Shown here: positions 1 through 9,435 of the stretch, one piece after another | How positions within the stretch are numbered: the first letter of the stretch is position 1 | How the letters are laid out: every line of letters begins with the position of its first letter | Source: Fidelibacterota bacterium | Lineage (GTDB): Bacteria > Fidelibacterota > Marinisomatia > Marinisomatales > TCS55 | Length of the DNA: 64,000 nt | Direction: 5' to 3' | NCBI GenBank assembly: GCA_036166415.1 | Contig: JAYZHP010000081.1 | Span: 688 to 64,687, forward strand | Made by a program: the position numbers and the translations under genes | Notes under the pieces: generated by a model | Seen by the model: the letters and a program-made list of their open reading frames with translations, nothing else | Databases searched by the model: none | Told to the model about the DNA's origin: nothing

Positions 1-164
1 TTTGCAACGATAATATCAACATCTCCATCATTATCGATATCGCCTGCGCTTGTACTTGCGGTTAGATAGGTATCTGTACCAAGGGTAGCATAGGGATGCT
101 TAATTAGATTAACTAACTGAGCATTGATTGTGCTAAATAATAATAATGCCCAAACTAGCTTCAT
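1..164 (-). CDS. N-terminal fragment of a secreted FG-GAP/VCBS-repeat-like protein (continues past window start)
   Basis: The minus-strand ATG at 164 lies 3 nt downstream of the stop of the preceding gene. My translation is MKLVWALLLFSTINAQLVNLIKHPYATLGTDTYLTASTSAGDIDNDGDVDIIVA. That is a signal peptide followed by a DxDxDGxxD FG-GAP-type repeat. The ORF is too short for the ORF track. Confidence 0.4.
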   Translation of the reverse strand, partial: MKLVWALLLFSTINAQLVNLIKHPYATLGTDTYLTASTSAGDIDNDGDVDIIVA

Positions 165-167
165 TGA

Positions 168-1019
168 TTACATATGATAGGTAAAATTGATCAAAGGAAA
201 TGGAATGCCTTCCATATTTTTACTAAAAAATCCTCCAATATCTACCGCAATTCTTCTACCAATAAATCTTCCAGAAAGTGCAATTGGCAAATTAGATGGA
301 TCATCTACTTCTGGTGGTAGCCAATATTCTGCTACAATTGCAAAGGAATTGGATATACGCTTATTCCCCGCAAGAACCAAGATGGGATCATTTGCAAATT
401 CCCATTGCTTTCCATCGCGGAAGTAACCCCAACCTAATGAAGCTGTAAAGTGCGTAAATCGATTTCCTATTGTTGCGCTTCCAAATGCAAGCCCAGCTCC
501 AAATTCGCTATTTTCAAGCGGAACGCTAACATACATCATACCAGCTGCAAGCCGGGCGGGTCCTACCTGTGGCAAAGAAAATTTACCTGACAGAACAACC
601 GGAACTACATCCAGCTCCATTCCTGGAAATACAAACGCACCTGCCTGAAAGGAAAAATTGTTTCCAAATCCGCGGTTATATGATGGAAAGAACAAACAAA
701 AATCACGGCAATAGGCTTTATGTTTTTCTATGGGAAAAGCAGAAGGAGCAAATAGGTACATGCTTTTATTGGGGTCAGCGCGCCACACCTGGCCCTCAAC
801 AGAAGCTGTTTCAACCTTATTTAATCTTTTGACAGATTCAATCGGGACATTGATAATAATTCCATCTTGGGTTTTAAGCTGATAACCTTCAGCGGACTCT
901 TCAACAATCGTGCCTAAAAAGATATTCCCATCCTGAGTTTCTATTTCCACCATCTCGCTGTCTTGTGCGAAAAGAAATACGGAAAAAACAATCAGGCATG
1001 TTGATATAAAATGTTTCAT
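168..1019 (-). CDS. hypothetical secreted/envelope protein
   Basis: 283-aa ORF with the signal peptide MKHFISTCLIVFSVFLFAQ. The C-terminal two thirds are rich in Gly and aromatic residues, which suggests a beta-rich fold. I recognised no family. Confidence 0.55.
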   Translation of the reverse strand: MKHFISTCLIVFSVFLFAQDSEMVEIETQDGNIFLGTIVEESAEGYQLKTQDGIIINVPIESVKRLNKVETASVEGQVWRADPNKSMYLFAPSAFPIEKHKAYCRDFCLFFPSYNRGFGNNFSFQAGAFVFPGMELDVVPVVLSGKFSLPQVGPARLAAGMMYVSVPLENSEFGAGLAFGSATIGNRFTHFTASLGWGYFRDGKQWEFANDPILVLAGNKRISNSFAIVAEYWLPPEVDDPSNLPIALSGRFIGRRIAVDIGGFFSKNMEGIPFPLINFTYHM

Positions 1020-1091
1020 GAATAAAGTTACACTAAAAAATTTTGTGATTAATATAATTTTATTTATGCAATCAAACTAAATTCCAGAGCT

Positions 1092-1934
1092 ATGGAAAAC
1101 ATCATTAACTATTTTAACACCATACCGACTCACCATCGCACCTTTTTCCTTGTTGGTGGACTGACCTTTTTCTTGGTGCTTGAGTCTGGCATACCCCTTT
1201 TTCGATTTAATTATCGTAAAACAAAACATGCAATGATCAATCTTTTTTACACTTTAACTACGTTGGTCATTAATCTGATTGGAGCGTCATTAATCTTGTG
1301 GGCGGCAACCTACAACTCCATACACTCAACCGGTATATTAAATATGGTTCAACTACCATATTGGGCCACCATACTATGTGGATTGCTTATACTGGATTTT
1401 GTTGGAGCATGGCTTGTGCACTGGATGGAACATAAAGTCAAATGGATGTGGAGGTTTCATGTAATTCATCATTCAGATCAGTATGTTGATGTAACATCCG
1501 GATTGCGCCACCATCCGGGAGAAAGTGTTTTTAGGCTGCTATTTACATCTCTTGCTGTATTTATCTCTGGGGCATCGTTCGGTATTGTCATGCTTTATCA
1601 AACTTTATCAGGTTTCTTTGCGCACTTAACCCATACAAATATTCGGGCAATCAATTTTCTTGAACCTATTTTATCAAAAATATTAGTGACTCCTAATTTT
1701 CATAAAATACATCATCACTATGTCCTACCGCATACCGATCGTAATTATGGAAATATATTTTCTATCTGGGATCATTTATTTGGCACAACAATCAAGGTTG
1801 ACAATATGGATACGCTCACCTATGGAATTGATACCCACATGGATAAAAAAGAGACTGAGGACATTAAGACCATGCTATTGATACCATTTAAAGAATATCG
1901 ACGTCCCGTAGGTGCTAAATTTGATAATAAATAA
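1092..1934 (+). CDS. fatty acid hydroxylase / sterol desaturase superfamily membrane protein
   Basis: Histidine boxes HWMEH, HVIHH and HKIHHH are present, together with several TM segments. Confidence 0.8.
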   Translation: MENIINYFNTIPTHHRTFFLVGGLTFFLVLESGIPLFRFNYRKTKHAMINLFYTLTTLVINLIGASLILWAATYNSIHSTGILNMVQLPYWATILCGLLILDFVGAWLVHWMEHKVKWMWRFHVIHHSDQYVDVTSGLRHHPGESVFRLLFTSLAVFISGASFGIVMLYQTLSGFFAHLTHTNIRAINFLEPILSKILVTPNFHKIHHHYVLPHTDRNYGNIFSIWDHLFGTTIKVDNMDTLTYGIDTHMDKKETEDIKTMLLIPFKEYRRPVGAKFDNK

Positions 1935-1958
1935 TTGGCTTTTGTATTGAAGGTATAT

Positions 1959-2081
1959 ATGATTTGGTTAGTTGGTGTTATTCTATGGAATTTTGGATTT
2001 CCACATGTCAAACCGATAGCCGATGTGCTAGCGGCTATTATTCTTTCTATAATGAGCTATCAGCTAAATAGGGTTATCTGA
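1959..2081 (+). CDS. 40-aa small membrane ORF (hypothetical)
   Basis: My translation is MIWLVGVILWNFGFPHVKPIADVLAAIILSIMSYQLNRVI. Its TGA shares one base with the ATG of the next ORF (cTGATG at 2079-2083). It was too short for the ORF track. Confidence 0.3.
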   Translation: MIWLVGVILWNFGFPHVKPIADVLAAIILSIMSYQLNRVI

Positions 2082-2347
2082 TGAGGATGACACCTGAAGA
2101 AAAGCAAGAATTGGATGCATGGGTAGAAAAAGAGTATCCAAAAAGCATGAAAAGAATTAATTCATCAGATCCATTCCATCAGGTAGGGAAAAAAATTATT
2201 GCGATGGGTGGATTAAGCTATATTTTATTTGTAATAATTGATTATAATTTCCTTGAATCTTTCGCCATTGTCTTGTTAGTGCTTGGGATGCTTGTTGAAG
2301 TAATTGCATTAATCACATATTTTAGATCACTTTCAAATGAAAAATGA
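2081..2347 (+). CDS. 88-aa small membrane protein (hypothetical)
   Basis: A charged N-terminal half is followed by two hydrophobic helices. It overlaps the SDR start by 11 nt. Confidence 0.5.
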   Translation: MRMTPEEKQELDAWVEKEYPKSMKRINSSDPFHQVGKKIIAMGGLSYILFVIIDYNFLESFAIVLLVLGMLVEVIALITYFRSLSNEK

Positions 2348-3077
2348 CCTATCAAACAAAACGGTCTTAATCACTGGTGCTGCTGGTGGAATTGGACAAA
2401 CCTTATGTGCTTCATTTGCTGAAGCGAATGGTACAATTATCCTTCATTACAATTCAAATAAAGATAAGGCCGAATCGCTACTACAAATCTTGCCAGGTAA
2501 TAACCATAGAACTGTTCAGGCTGATTTGTCAAGCTCAGAAGAAATCGGTGCAATGTTTGATGCGATAGATGAGATTGATATCGTAATCAATAACGCAGCA
2601 GTGGTTGAAAGTCATGAGCTCGATTCATTATCGTATGATAAATGGCAAGATATGTGGAAACGTACGATCGATACAAATCTTTTGGGCTCTGCACATATTA
2701 TGTATTTAGCATCGAAGATTATGAAACATAATAAAGGTGGAAAATTCATCAATATATCATCGCGGGGTGCTTTCCGAGGAGAGCCAACAGCGCCAGCTTA
2801 TGGTGCCAGTAAGGCTGGATTGAATTCTTTAGGTCAATCTATGGCAAAAGCACTAGCAAAAGATAAGATCTATGTATATACCATTGCACCGGGATTTGTT
2901 GATACGGAAAGGGTAAAAGATTTAATCGATGACGAGGTTAGGTCTCAAAGTCCATTAAATCGAGTAGCAAAACCTCAAGAGATTGCAGATACAGCGCTTT
3001 GGCTAGCCACAGGTGATAATGAATTTTTGACAGGATGTATTATTGACGTCAATGGTGCTTCCTACCTTAGAAGCTGA
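2337..3077 (+). CDS. short-chain dehydrogenase/reductase (FabG-like)
   Basis: Contains the TGAAGGIGQ dinucleotide motif, NNAAV, and the YGASKAG catalytic Y-x3-K motif. Confidence 0.9.
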   Translation: MKNDLSNKTVLITGAAGGIGQTLCASFAEANGTIILHYNSNKDKAESLLQILPGNNHRTVQADLSSSEEIGAMFDAIDEIDIVINNAAVVESHELDSLSYDKWQDMWKRTIDTNLLGSAHIMYLASKIMKHNKGGKFINISSRGAFRGEPTAPAYGASKAGLNSLGQSMAKALAKDKIYVYTIAPGFVDTERVKDLIDDEVRSQSPLNRVAKPQEIADTALWLATGDNEFLTGCIIDVNGASYLRS

Positions 3078-3101
3078 TAGCAAGCACCATTCAATAGTTT
3101 T

Positions 3102-4382
3102 TTATATACTATTGCCCAACCAAATACCAACTGTGAGCAGAATACCTGTTACGCTATGCATAATGATTGTTCCCCAGTTAGCAGGCTGAAGCAATCTATT
3201 ATTGTAGTATTTGTATAATGTTTTTGTAGCGGTAAATCCAAAATAAATAGCAAGCAATGCAATCAAAGAAAGCATAGGAAAAGTCCCATTTAAGGCCATC
3301 ACAATAATGCTTATAAATGCTGAACCGATCAATGCAACATAGCCTGCGCGCGCGCGCTCAGGACCAAGAACGACGATCAATGTATTCTTTCCGGTAGCCT
3401 TATCGCTATCATGATCAGGAAATTCATTCATGTAAACAACTGCGGCAATTAGAAGTCCTATAGGTATCCCTGCTAAAAAAGCTTCTGGAACAAGCCTACC
3501 TGTTTGAACTAAGGCGCTACCCGCAACCATTAATGGTCCAAAATTAAGCCCGATCAATAGCTCTCCCATGCCTCTTCTAGAGGAAAATTTAAACGGAGGT
3601 GCCGTATAGAAAAGCCCAGATAAAAACCCGGTAAGACCTAACCATAAAATTGGAAGACCGGATTTCATAATAAGCGGAACCCCAACAGCTGCGCTTAAGG
3701 CAAATGTTACTATTGCAACAGTTAGCATACCTTTTGGCGTAATAAGACCCATCTGTATACTTCTACTTCCACCATTAAGTCCTTCATTGCTATAATTATA
3801 GTTTAATGCGTCTGTACCGCTCCTATGGTCAAAATAGTCATTTGAGGTGTTGGTACCAATATGGAGAAAAGCTCCACCTAATAAAGTTAAACCCAACCAT
3901 CCCCAGCTTACCGTTTCTCCTAGCATAGCTGCAACTGCTGCTCCTGTAAATATAGGAACAAATGTAGCACTCAAAAATGGTAGTCGCATAATAACCATCC
4001 ATTTAAAGGCTTTTGTAAAAAAACTAATTTTTGGTCTTACTTCATCTGGGGTTTTATTTTTTAATGGAGTTGTTACTCCACAATATCCAATTTGCTCGCC
4101 ATACTTATTCTTGGTGGGTGTGATTTTTATATGACAAGGTATTTCAGCTTTATTTTTATCTAGAAAAACTGTTTCGCCTTCCCAAGCACCTTTTTCAACC
4201 GCAATTTTTAACCAATTTACAACATGGCCTAAGACAACTTCTCCGGGACTAAAATCGCTGACTCTTTTTTTACCAATGACGTCGTTTTTAGTATAACCAA
4301 ATAGTTTTTCTGCGCCTTCTGAAAAAGTTTCCACTTTCCCATCCAAATCGCAGGTAATAATACTTTTGACTTTATCTTCCAC
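3102..4382 (-). CDS. PAS-domain-fused UbiA-family prenyltransferase (MenA-like)
   Basis: The N-terminal ~110 aa look like a PAS fold (IITCDLDGKVETFSEGAEKLFGYTKNDVIGK ... GETVFLDKNKAEIPCHIKITP). The rest is polytopic, with the UbiA/MenA motifs NDYFDHRSGTD and NEFPDHDSDKATGKNTL. Confidence 0.8.
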   Translation of the reverse strand: MEDKVKSIITCDLDGKVETFSEGAEKLFGYTKNDVIGKKRVSDFSPGEVVLGHVVNWLKIAVEKGAWEGETVFLDKNKAEIPCHIKITPTKNKYGEQIGYCGVTTPLKNKTPDEVRPKISFFTKAFKWMVIMRLPFLSATFVPIFTGAAVAAMLGETVSWGWLGLTLLGGAFLHIGTNTSNDYFDHRSGTDALNYNYSNEGLNGGSRSIQMGLITPKGMLTVAIVTFALSAAVGVPLIMKSGLPILWLGLTGFLSGLFYTAPPFKFSSRRGMGELLIGLNFGPLMVAGSALVQTGRLVPEAFLAGIPIGLLIAAVVYMNEFPDHDSDKATGKNTLIVVLGPERARAGYVALIGSAFISIIVMALNGTFPMLSLIALLAIYFGFTATKTLYKYYNNRLLQPANWGTIIMHSVTGILLTVGIWLGNSI

Positions 4383-4469
4383 TTAAAACCCCTCGCTTTA
4401 AATTATTGTTATAACAAATTAATTAGGGCGGAAAAATACTATGATTTATTTATACAATAAATAGGATAT

Positions 4470-5045
4470 TTAATCAATTGGATCGCCAGATGATGAATCA
4501 GGCTTAATCACTTCACCCCAATATGTTGGAGATGGATTCATTTGCCAGGTAATATTTTCACTAGAATGGTACACTTCAGGCTGATCGCCTATTCTAATAT
4601 TACTAGATGACCATTCAGCGTTTGATCTGCCTACTATTATCTTACCCAATGCTTGTTGATCGTGATCTAATAGCTTAAGATGGGTACCCGTAGAATCACC
4701 AACCATAAATTTATCCCATTTAGATGAATTTGTTGATACCAGGGATGTTTTTTTCAAAGAAAGGATCGTGTTGAGAAAACTATTTACGGTATTAGATTTT
4801 ACTGTTAATGAATCATGTTCATCAAGATACCAGCTCTCACCATCAAAAGATAATGATATGAACTCATCGCCTTTAGAAATTTCGAATGCAAATATATTTT
4901 CGCGCTCTAAATCAAAAACACGATCACTGGTTGCATTGTATTTTCCCTGTTGATAGCTATTGATAGCAAAAAGGGCTAGCAATACTATTAACGCAGCAAT
5001 CATCCATTTCATTTGCTTACCCATATAGCTCCTCCAGTACGTCAC
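4470..5045 (-). CDS. DUF4340-like protein associated with the GldG-type ABC accessory
   Basis: 191-aa ORF with a single N-terminal anchor, sitting directly downstream of the GldG-like gene. The true start may be the internal Met at 5024 or 5012. Confidence 0.5.
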   Translation of the reverse strand: MTYWRSYMGKQMKWMIAALIVLLALFAINSYQQGKYNATSDRVFDLERENIFAFEISKGDEFISLSFDGESWYLDEHDSLTVKSNTVNSFLNTILSLKKTSLVSTNSSKWDKFMVGDSTGTHLKLLDHDQQALGKIIVGRSNAEWSSSNIRIGDQPEVYHSSENITWQMNPSPTYWGEVIKPDSSSGDPID

Positions 5046-6543
5046 TTCTGCTTTTTTGCCTACGCATTCGAATTAATCCAAATCCAATAATTAATAAACA
5101 AGGGGTAATGATATTTGCCCATTTCCATGTTCTTTTTGACCCGTCAGAAATATCTTGAAGCGGTCGAGAAGTTATTTCCCGCGATCGCAAAGCAATCAAA
5201 TCTTGATCTCCAATTAAATAATCAACTGAATTTAAAATAAAAATGTGATTCTCAGGCGAACGACCCCCGCCATTATCAGCCATAAATTCTGAATCACTAA
5301 CCAAAATTACTTGGTTAAGTGCCCCCAAAGAATTAACCAGCTCTGTTCTTGCGCCTAATACCTGATTAGACTTATTAAATATTCGCATAAAAGGATTTTG
5401 TTTAGGATCAGGGCTTAGATTAAAGGTTCCTTTAAGCTCTCCTGATTGCTCAGATGTGAAGAATAAAGGCGTAAACCTAACCTGCCCAATGGAACTAGAA
5501 TCTTGCTTAATCTCGCTTGGAAAAATTAATTGCATTTGCTCCAACCCAGATACGATTGGCTCATCCGCATTAAAATTTCTTACAATAGGCAGCAATGGAT
5601 ATTCCATTGGTACATTCATCCGAATCGGGCCCATCTGTTGCTGTACATTCACTCTACCGCAAATTTTGTCGGTAACAAGATTTGCCTCTATGGAAAATCC
5701 ATATTCTTCAAGTATTGAAAAAATATCTGACTCAATCGGAAATGCTTGTTGTATTTGCAAATTCGTTTTTATTCGATTCTGGGCAATGAATATATTCCCC
5801 CCTCTATTCATAAATTCAGAAAGGTTTTTATTTTCATTAGTAGTAAGTGAATCTGATATACCGCCCATCAAAATAGCTTGAATATCAACTGGCACTGCAT
5901 CATTAAGTTTAATTACCCTAACATCATAACGCTGCCTTAAAACATTTTGAATATTTTGGTACTGCTCTGCTTGCCCATCAAGCTGCGCAATCCCAACTGT
6001 AGGCTTATTGATTTCTACAAGTTTTTTGATCTTGGTTGTAATCTCATATTCAAGTCCAGTTGTAGTTTGAATAACAGGCAGGACTTCTTTTTTATCTTCA
6101 AAAAGAATTACCATCCCCATCAGCACCCTTTTAACCTCCACTTTATCATTTTCAATAACTTGTAATTGGAGTGGAGCAATGCCAGATTTTTGAGCTTCTT
6201 CTTCTAGTTTCTCTTGAGAAGCAAATTCAAATTTTATTTTCCCTTTGGATATTGCAGCATATTCTTCCAATATATCTTGGAGATATCTTCGATTATTAGC
6301 GTATTCCCCAGGTAAATCATCAGAAAAATAAACCTTCATGGTTAGCAAATCATCAACATCCTTAATGACTGACTTGCTTGAAGTTGATAATGAAAAAATA
6401 TTGTTATCTGTTAAGTCAATGCGGAAAAATCGGCTTGTAGAAATTGTGTTTAACAAGAAAAGGGTGGTGAATAAGACTAGTCCAGGTGCAATTACCGATC
6501 GTTTGAGATCAATCTTTTGAAAAAATTTCTTCATTATTTCCAC
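5017..6543 (-). CDS. GldG-like ABC-transporter auxiliary component
   Basis: 508 aa with N- and C-terminal TM anchors around a large periplasmic domain. It follows the ABC-2 permease and ATPase in the A-F-G gene order. Confidence 0.7.
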   Translation of the reverse strand: MEIMKKFFQKIDLKRSVIAPGLVLFTTLFLLNTISTSRFFRIDLTDNNIFSLSTSSKSVIKDVDDLLTMKVYFSDDLPGEYANNRRYLQDILEEYAAISKGKIKFEFASQEKLEEEAQKSGIAPLQLQVIENDKVEVKRVLMGMVILFEDKKEVLPVIQTTTGLEYEITTKIKKLVEINKPTVGIAQLDGQAEQYQNIQNVLRQRYDVRVIKLNDAVPVDIQAILMGGISDSLTTNENKNLSEFMNRGGNIFIAQNRIKTNLQIQQAFPIESDIFSILEEYGFSIEANLVTDKICGRVNVQQQMGPIRMNVPMEYPLLPIVRNFNADEPIVSGLEQMQLIFPSEIKQDSSSIGQVRFTPLFFTSEQSGELKGTFNLSPDPKQNPFMRIFNKSNQVLGARTELVNSLGALNQVILVSDSEFMADNGGGRSPENHIFILNSVDYLIGDQDLIALRSREITSRPLQDISDGSKRTWKWANIITPCLLIIGFGLIRMRRQKSRSDVLEELYG

Positions 6544-7247
6544 CTCCTCACCTCTAGTGTTTGAATAGTAAGGAATAAGAAAAAGCCAATCATTGATATG
6601 AAATAAATTAAATTTCTTGAGTCAATCACACCGCGTGACATATTTGATAGATGATACTCTATTGCCAAAAATTGAAGTAATCCTGCAATTGAAGTCGGTA
6701 CAAAAATCAATGTTTTATCAAGCATAAATATTATCAGGACCATAAAGAGACCTATAATAAATGCAACAACTTGGTTCTGAGTTACGCTACTTGCATAGGT
6801 ACCGATTGCAGCAAAAGTAGCACCCATAAGCGCCAAACCAAGATAACCGCTAAAAATTGCACCATAATCAATATTCGTTCCAACAAATACCAATGTAATA
6901 AAATGAATTGTTGTGGCAAGAAGGCCTAAAAGAATTAAGCAGAGTGCTGCAAAAAACTTTCCCATGACAAACTCAACAGTGCTTAATGGTAGGGTTGACA
7001 TTATCTCCATTGTCCCAATATCGTTCTCTCGTGCAATCAACCCCATAGTGATGGCTGGTATAAAAAATAAGAAAACCAATGGAATGATATCAAATAATGA
7101 TCTTAAGTCTGACTGGCCGAAAAGAAAAAATCTATTGGTGAAAAAATATCCATTTACAATAGCAAAAATAACCAAAAAGATGTAAGCCATTGGACTGTTA
7201 AAGAATCCAACAAGCTCGCGATAGAAAATAGTCCTTGTATTACGCAT
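6534..7247 (-). CDS. ABC-2 type permease (GldF-like)
   Basis: Polytopic membrane protein. I prefer the MRNTRTIFYRELVGFF start at 7247, which gives an ATGCGTAA 8-nt overlap with the ATPase stop, over the 7289 start in the ORF track. Confidence 0.75.
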   Translation of the reverse strand: MRNTRTIFYRELVGFFNSPMAYIFLVIFAIVNGYFFTNRFFLFGQSDLRSLFDIIPLVFLFFIPAITMGLIARENDIGTMEIMSTLPLSTVEFVMGKFFAALCLILLGLLATTIHFITLVFVGTNIDYGAIFSGYLGLALMGATFAAIGTYASSVTQNQVVAFIIGLFMVLIIFMLDKTLIFVPTSIAGLLQFLAIEYHLSNMSRGVIDSRNLIYFISMIGFFLFLTIQTLEVRRWK

Positions 7248-8184
7248 CTGAGCCACCTTCCATCGTAAGGTCTCTAAATATATCTTCAAGATTGGTTGTT
7301 CTAGGGCTCATCTTCAATATTGACCATTTGTTTTTTACAGCATAATTAAATATGTCTTCCCGTGGATCTTTGTTTTTTTCATATTCCAATTGAATTGTAT
7401 GGATACTTTTATTTTTACTCATTGAAATAAATTTTACATTTGGCAATGTGGCCTGTATATGCTCAATTGAATCCACTTTTGCTCCTTTTACTTCCATGGT
7501 AAGTAGTACATTTCCCATAAAGTTCGCCATTAGCTCTTCACTGGTTCCATTGGCTACTATCTCTCCTTGATCAATAATAATTATACGGTCGACCGTTGCT
7601 TGTATTTCCTGAAGAATATGGCTCGACATAAATACTAGCTTCTCTTTACCGAGAGATCTAATAAGACTTCTGATTTCAATAATTTGATTAGGATCAAGTC
7701 CTGTGACCGGCTCATCAAGAATCAATATTTTGGGGTCATGAATCATTGCCGCGGCGAGCCCAATACGCTGCTTATAACCTTTAGAGCAGTCAGATATATT
7801 TTTGTGTACCACGCCTCGAAGTCCACACTGCTCAACAACACGTGCTAAGGCCTCTTTAAACTGTGGACCCGTTATATCTCTAATGGATGCTAAAAATTCA
7901 AGATAATCATACACTCTCATCTCGGAATAAAGCGGATTTAATTCAGGTAGGTAGCCAATCTGCTTTTGAATAGAATGCATATCTTCTATGATATCCATAT
8001 CATTGACTGTAATTGAGCCTTTTGTTGGAACTAGGTAGCCTGTCATCATTTTTAAGGTAGTTGTTTTACCTGCGCCATTTGCGCCTAAAAAGCCTATCAC
8101 TTCTCCATCATTAAGGTCAAATGAAATGGATTTTACGGCTTCAACAGATCCATAATTTTTACTTAGATCTTTAACTTTAATCAT
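7240..8184 (-). CDS. ABC transporter ATP-binding protein (GldA-like)
   Basis: Walker A GANGAGKTT, the signature-like SKGYKQR, and Walker B ILILDEP. Confidence 0.9.
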   Translation of the reverse strand: MIKVKDLSKNYGSVEAVKSISFDLNDGEVIGFLGANGAGKTTTLKMMTGYLVPTKGSITVNDMDIIEDMHSIQKQIGYLPELNPLYSEMRVYDYLEFLASIRDITGPQFKEALARVVEQCGLRGVVHKNISDCSKGYKQRIGLAAAMIHDPKILILDEPVTGLDPNQIIEIRSLIRSLGKEKLVFMSSHILQEIQATVDRIIIIDQGEIVANGTSEELMANFMGNVLLTMEVKGAKVDSIEHIQATLPNVKFISMSKNKSIHTIQLEYEKNKDPREDIFNYAVKNKWSILKMSPRTTNLEDIFRDLTMEGGSDA

Positions 8185-8249
8185 TAATCAAATACCTCAG
8201 CTTTTGAGTTACTGTCTCTAAAAAATTATTTATTGTTACTAAATATCAT

Positions 8250-8270
8250 TAAAAAAGTTCCGCGAACTTA
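8250..8270 (-). terminator. possible intrinsic terminator after the long operon
   Basis: On the minus strand the hairpin AAGTTC-GCG-GAACTT (8255-8269) is followed by a T run. It lies 26 nt after the stop at 8295. The stem is short and weak. Confidence 0.35.
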
Positions 8271-8294
8271 AAAACCCTAAGAAAATAATTCAAA

Positions 8295-9167
8295 TCATCT
8301 CGTTAATAATTTTTTATCAAGGATTTTTCTGATCATCACTGTATGCTTAGGGCTAGAACCACAACAAGAGCCTATAATTGCAGGAGATTCAGCCATATAA
8401 TTTGCGATCATAGATTCAAAAGATCCATCATCAATCTTTTGATCCATCGCTCCATCTGGCTCAGGTTCTGATTCACCAAGGTTGGGGTAAATACCCCAGT
8501 TTCCATTCCACTCTTCTTTAAATTTAACTAAAGCATCATTAGATTTATCAAATGTATTACAATTTAATAGCATGCAACCAACCCGATCTGCGCTTAAAAC
8601 GTATACATCTTCAAGACTGTGCCCTGAAAGAAGATGCGATGAATCTTTAATAATTAGACTAAGCCATATTTTACTAAAATCACTTGCAGCTTTAAGGGCA
8701 ATTTCTATCTCTTCAAGATGCCCCATTGTTTCAAAAAGAATTATTTCTATACCCGCTTCCTTAAACCACATTAATGTTTCGCCATAGCTATCCTCTGCAG
8801 CAGATTGTCCAGGAAATAGATCTGGGCGATAACAATCTTCCAGTGATGTGATAGACCCTGCGATAAAGGATGCTTTTGAATTATATGCAGACTCTACTGC
8901 TTTCATCAAGCTTAGTTTAGCGCGTTCACTAGCTCGTTTAGGGCTTAAATCTATTTTTCTATAGGACCAAGAAGTGCTTCTAAATGTATTGGTGGTAATG
9001 ATATCCGCACCAACTTTGATATAATCACAGTGAACAGAAAGAACATCTTTTGGATTTGTAATATTGGTTTCAGCAGACCACAATGGTAAAGGCAATTCTA
9101 GGCCACGCTCCATCAACTGCGTCCCCATTGCGCCATCTAAAATTAAAGTGCGATTACTGACAGGCAT
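8295..9167 (-). CDS. homocysteine S-methyltransferase family protein
   Basis: N-terminal LILDGAMGTQL motif and C-terminal Zn-binding IGSCCGSSPKH motif. Confidence 0.8.
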   Translation of the reverse strand: MPVSNRTLILDGAMGTQLMERGLELPLPLWSAETNITNPKDVLSVHCDYIKVGADIITTNTFRSTSWSYRKIDLSPKRASERAKLSLMKAVESAYNSKASFIAGSITSLEDCYRPDLFPGQSAAEDSYGETLMWFKEAGIEIILFETMGHLEEIEIALKAASDFSKIWLSLIIKDSSHLLSGHSLEDVYVLSADRVGCMLLNCNTFDKSNDALVKFKEEWNGNWGIYPNLGESEPEPDGAMDQKIDDGSFESMIANYMAESPAIIGSCCGSSPKHTVMIRKILDKKLLTR

Positions 9168-9435
9168 TCATGCATTCGTTCAAAGTCTCAAAAGGGACTG
9201 TGCCTCTACAGCCTCCCCACCCAAACTCTTTGCATTTTTGTGTTTTTTGATCAAAATAGTATTTTGGAATCCAAGCTCTACAGGGACCTGGATCAGGTTT
9301 TAATTCGCATAGAACACCAGACCTAAGAAGCATATCATTCTGCATAGTTTCAAGGGCATTGGCATTACTATTTAAATCATCGCATGAAAAAAATAATACG
9401 CAACAAAATAGGGAAAATAATTTTATTTTAACCAA
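9154..9435 (-). CDS. lipoprotein with a Kunitz/BPTI-type serine protease inhibitor domain
   Basis: The signal peptide carries the lipobox LFFSC. It is followed by C-x8-C-x15-C-x7-C-x11-C-x3-C with the hallmark residues GPCRA, YYF, GWGGC and ECMNAC. Confidence 0.75.
   Translation of the reverse strand: MVKIKLFSLFCCVLFFSCDDLNSNANALETMQNDMLLRSGVLCELKPDPGPCRAWIPKYYFDQKTQKCKEFGWGGCRGTVPFETLNECMNACQ

Noticed and set aside
5456-5881. 141-aa plus-strand ORF, plus the smaller antisense ORFs at 5530-5718, 5947-6165 and 6338-6520
   Set aside because: These are shadow ORFs antisense to the GldG-like gene. AT-rich genomes generate such frames, and there is no start context or motif support.
7248-7289. 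14-aa N-terminal extension of the ABC-2 permease ORF
   Set aside because: It would overlap the ATPase gene by 50 nt. The Met at 7247 gives the usual short cytoplasmic N-terminus and an 8-nt overlap.
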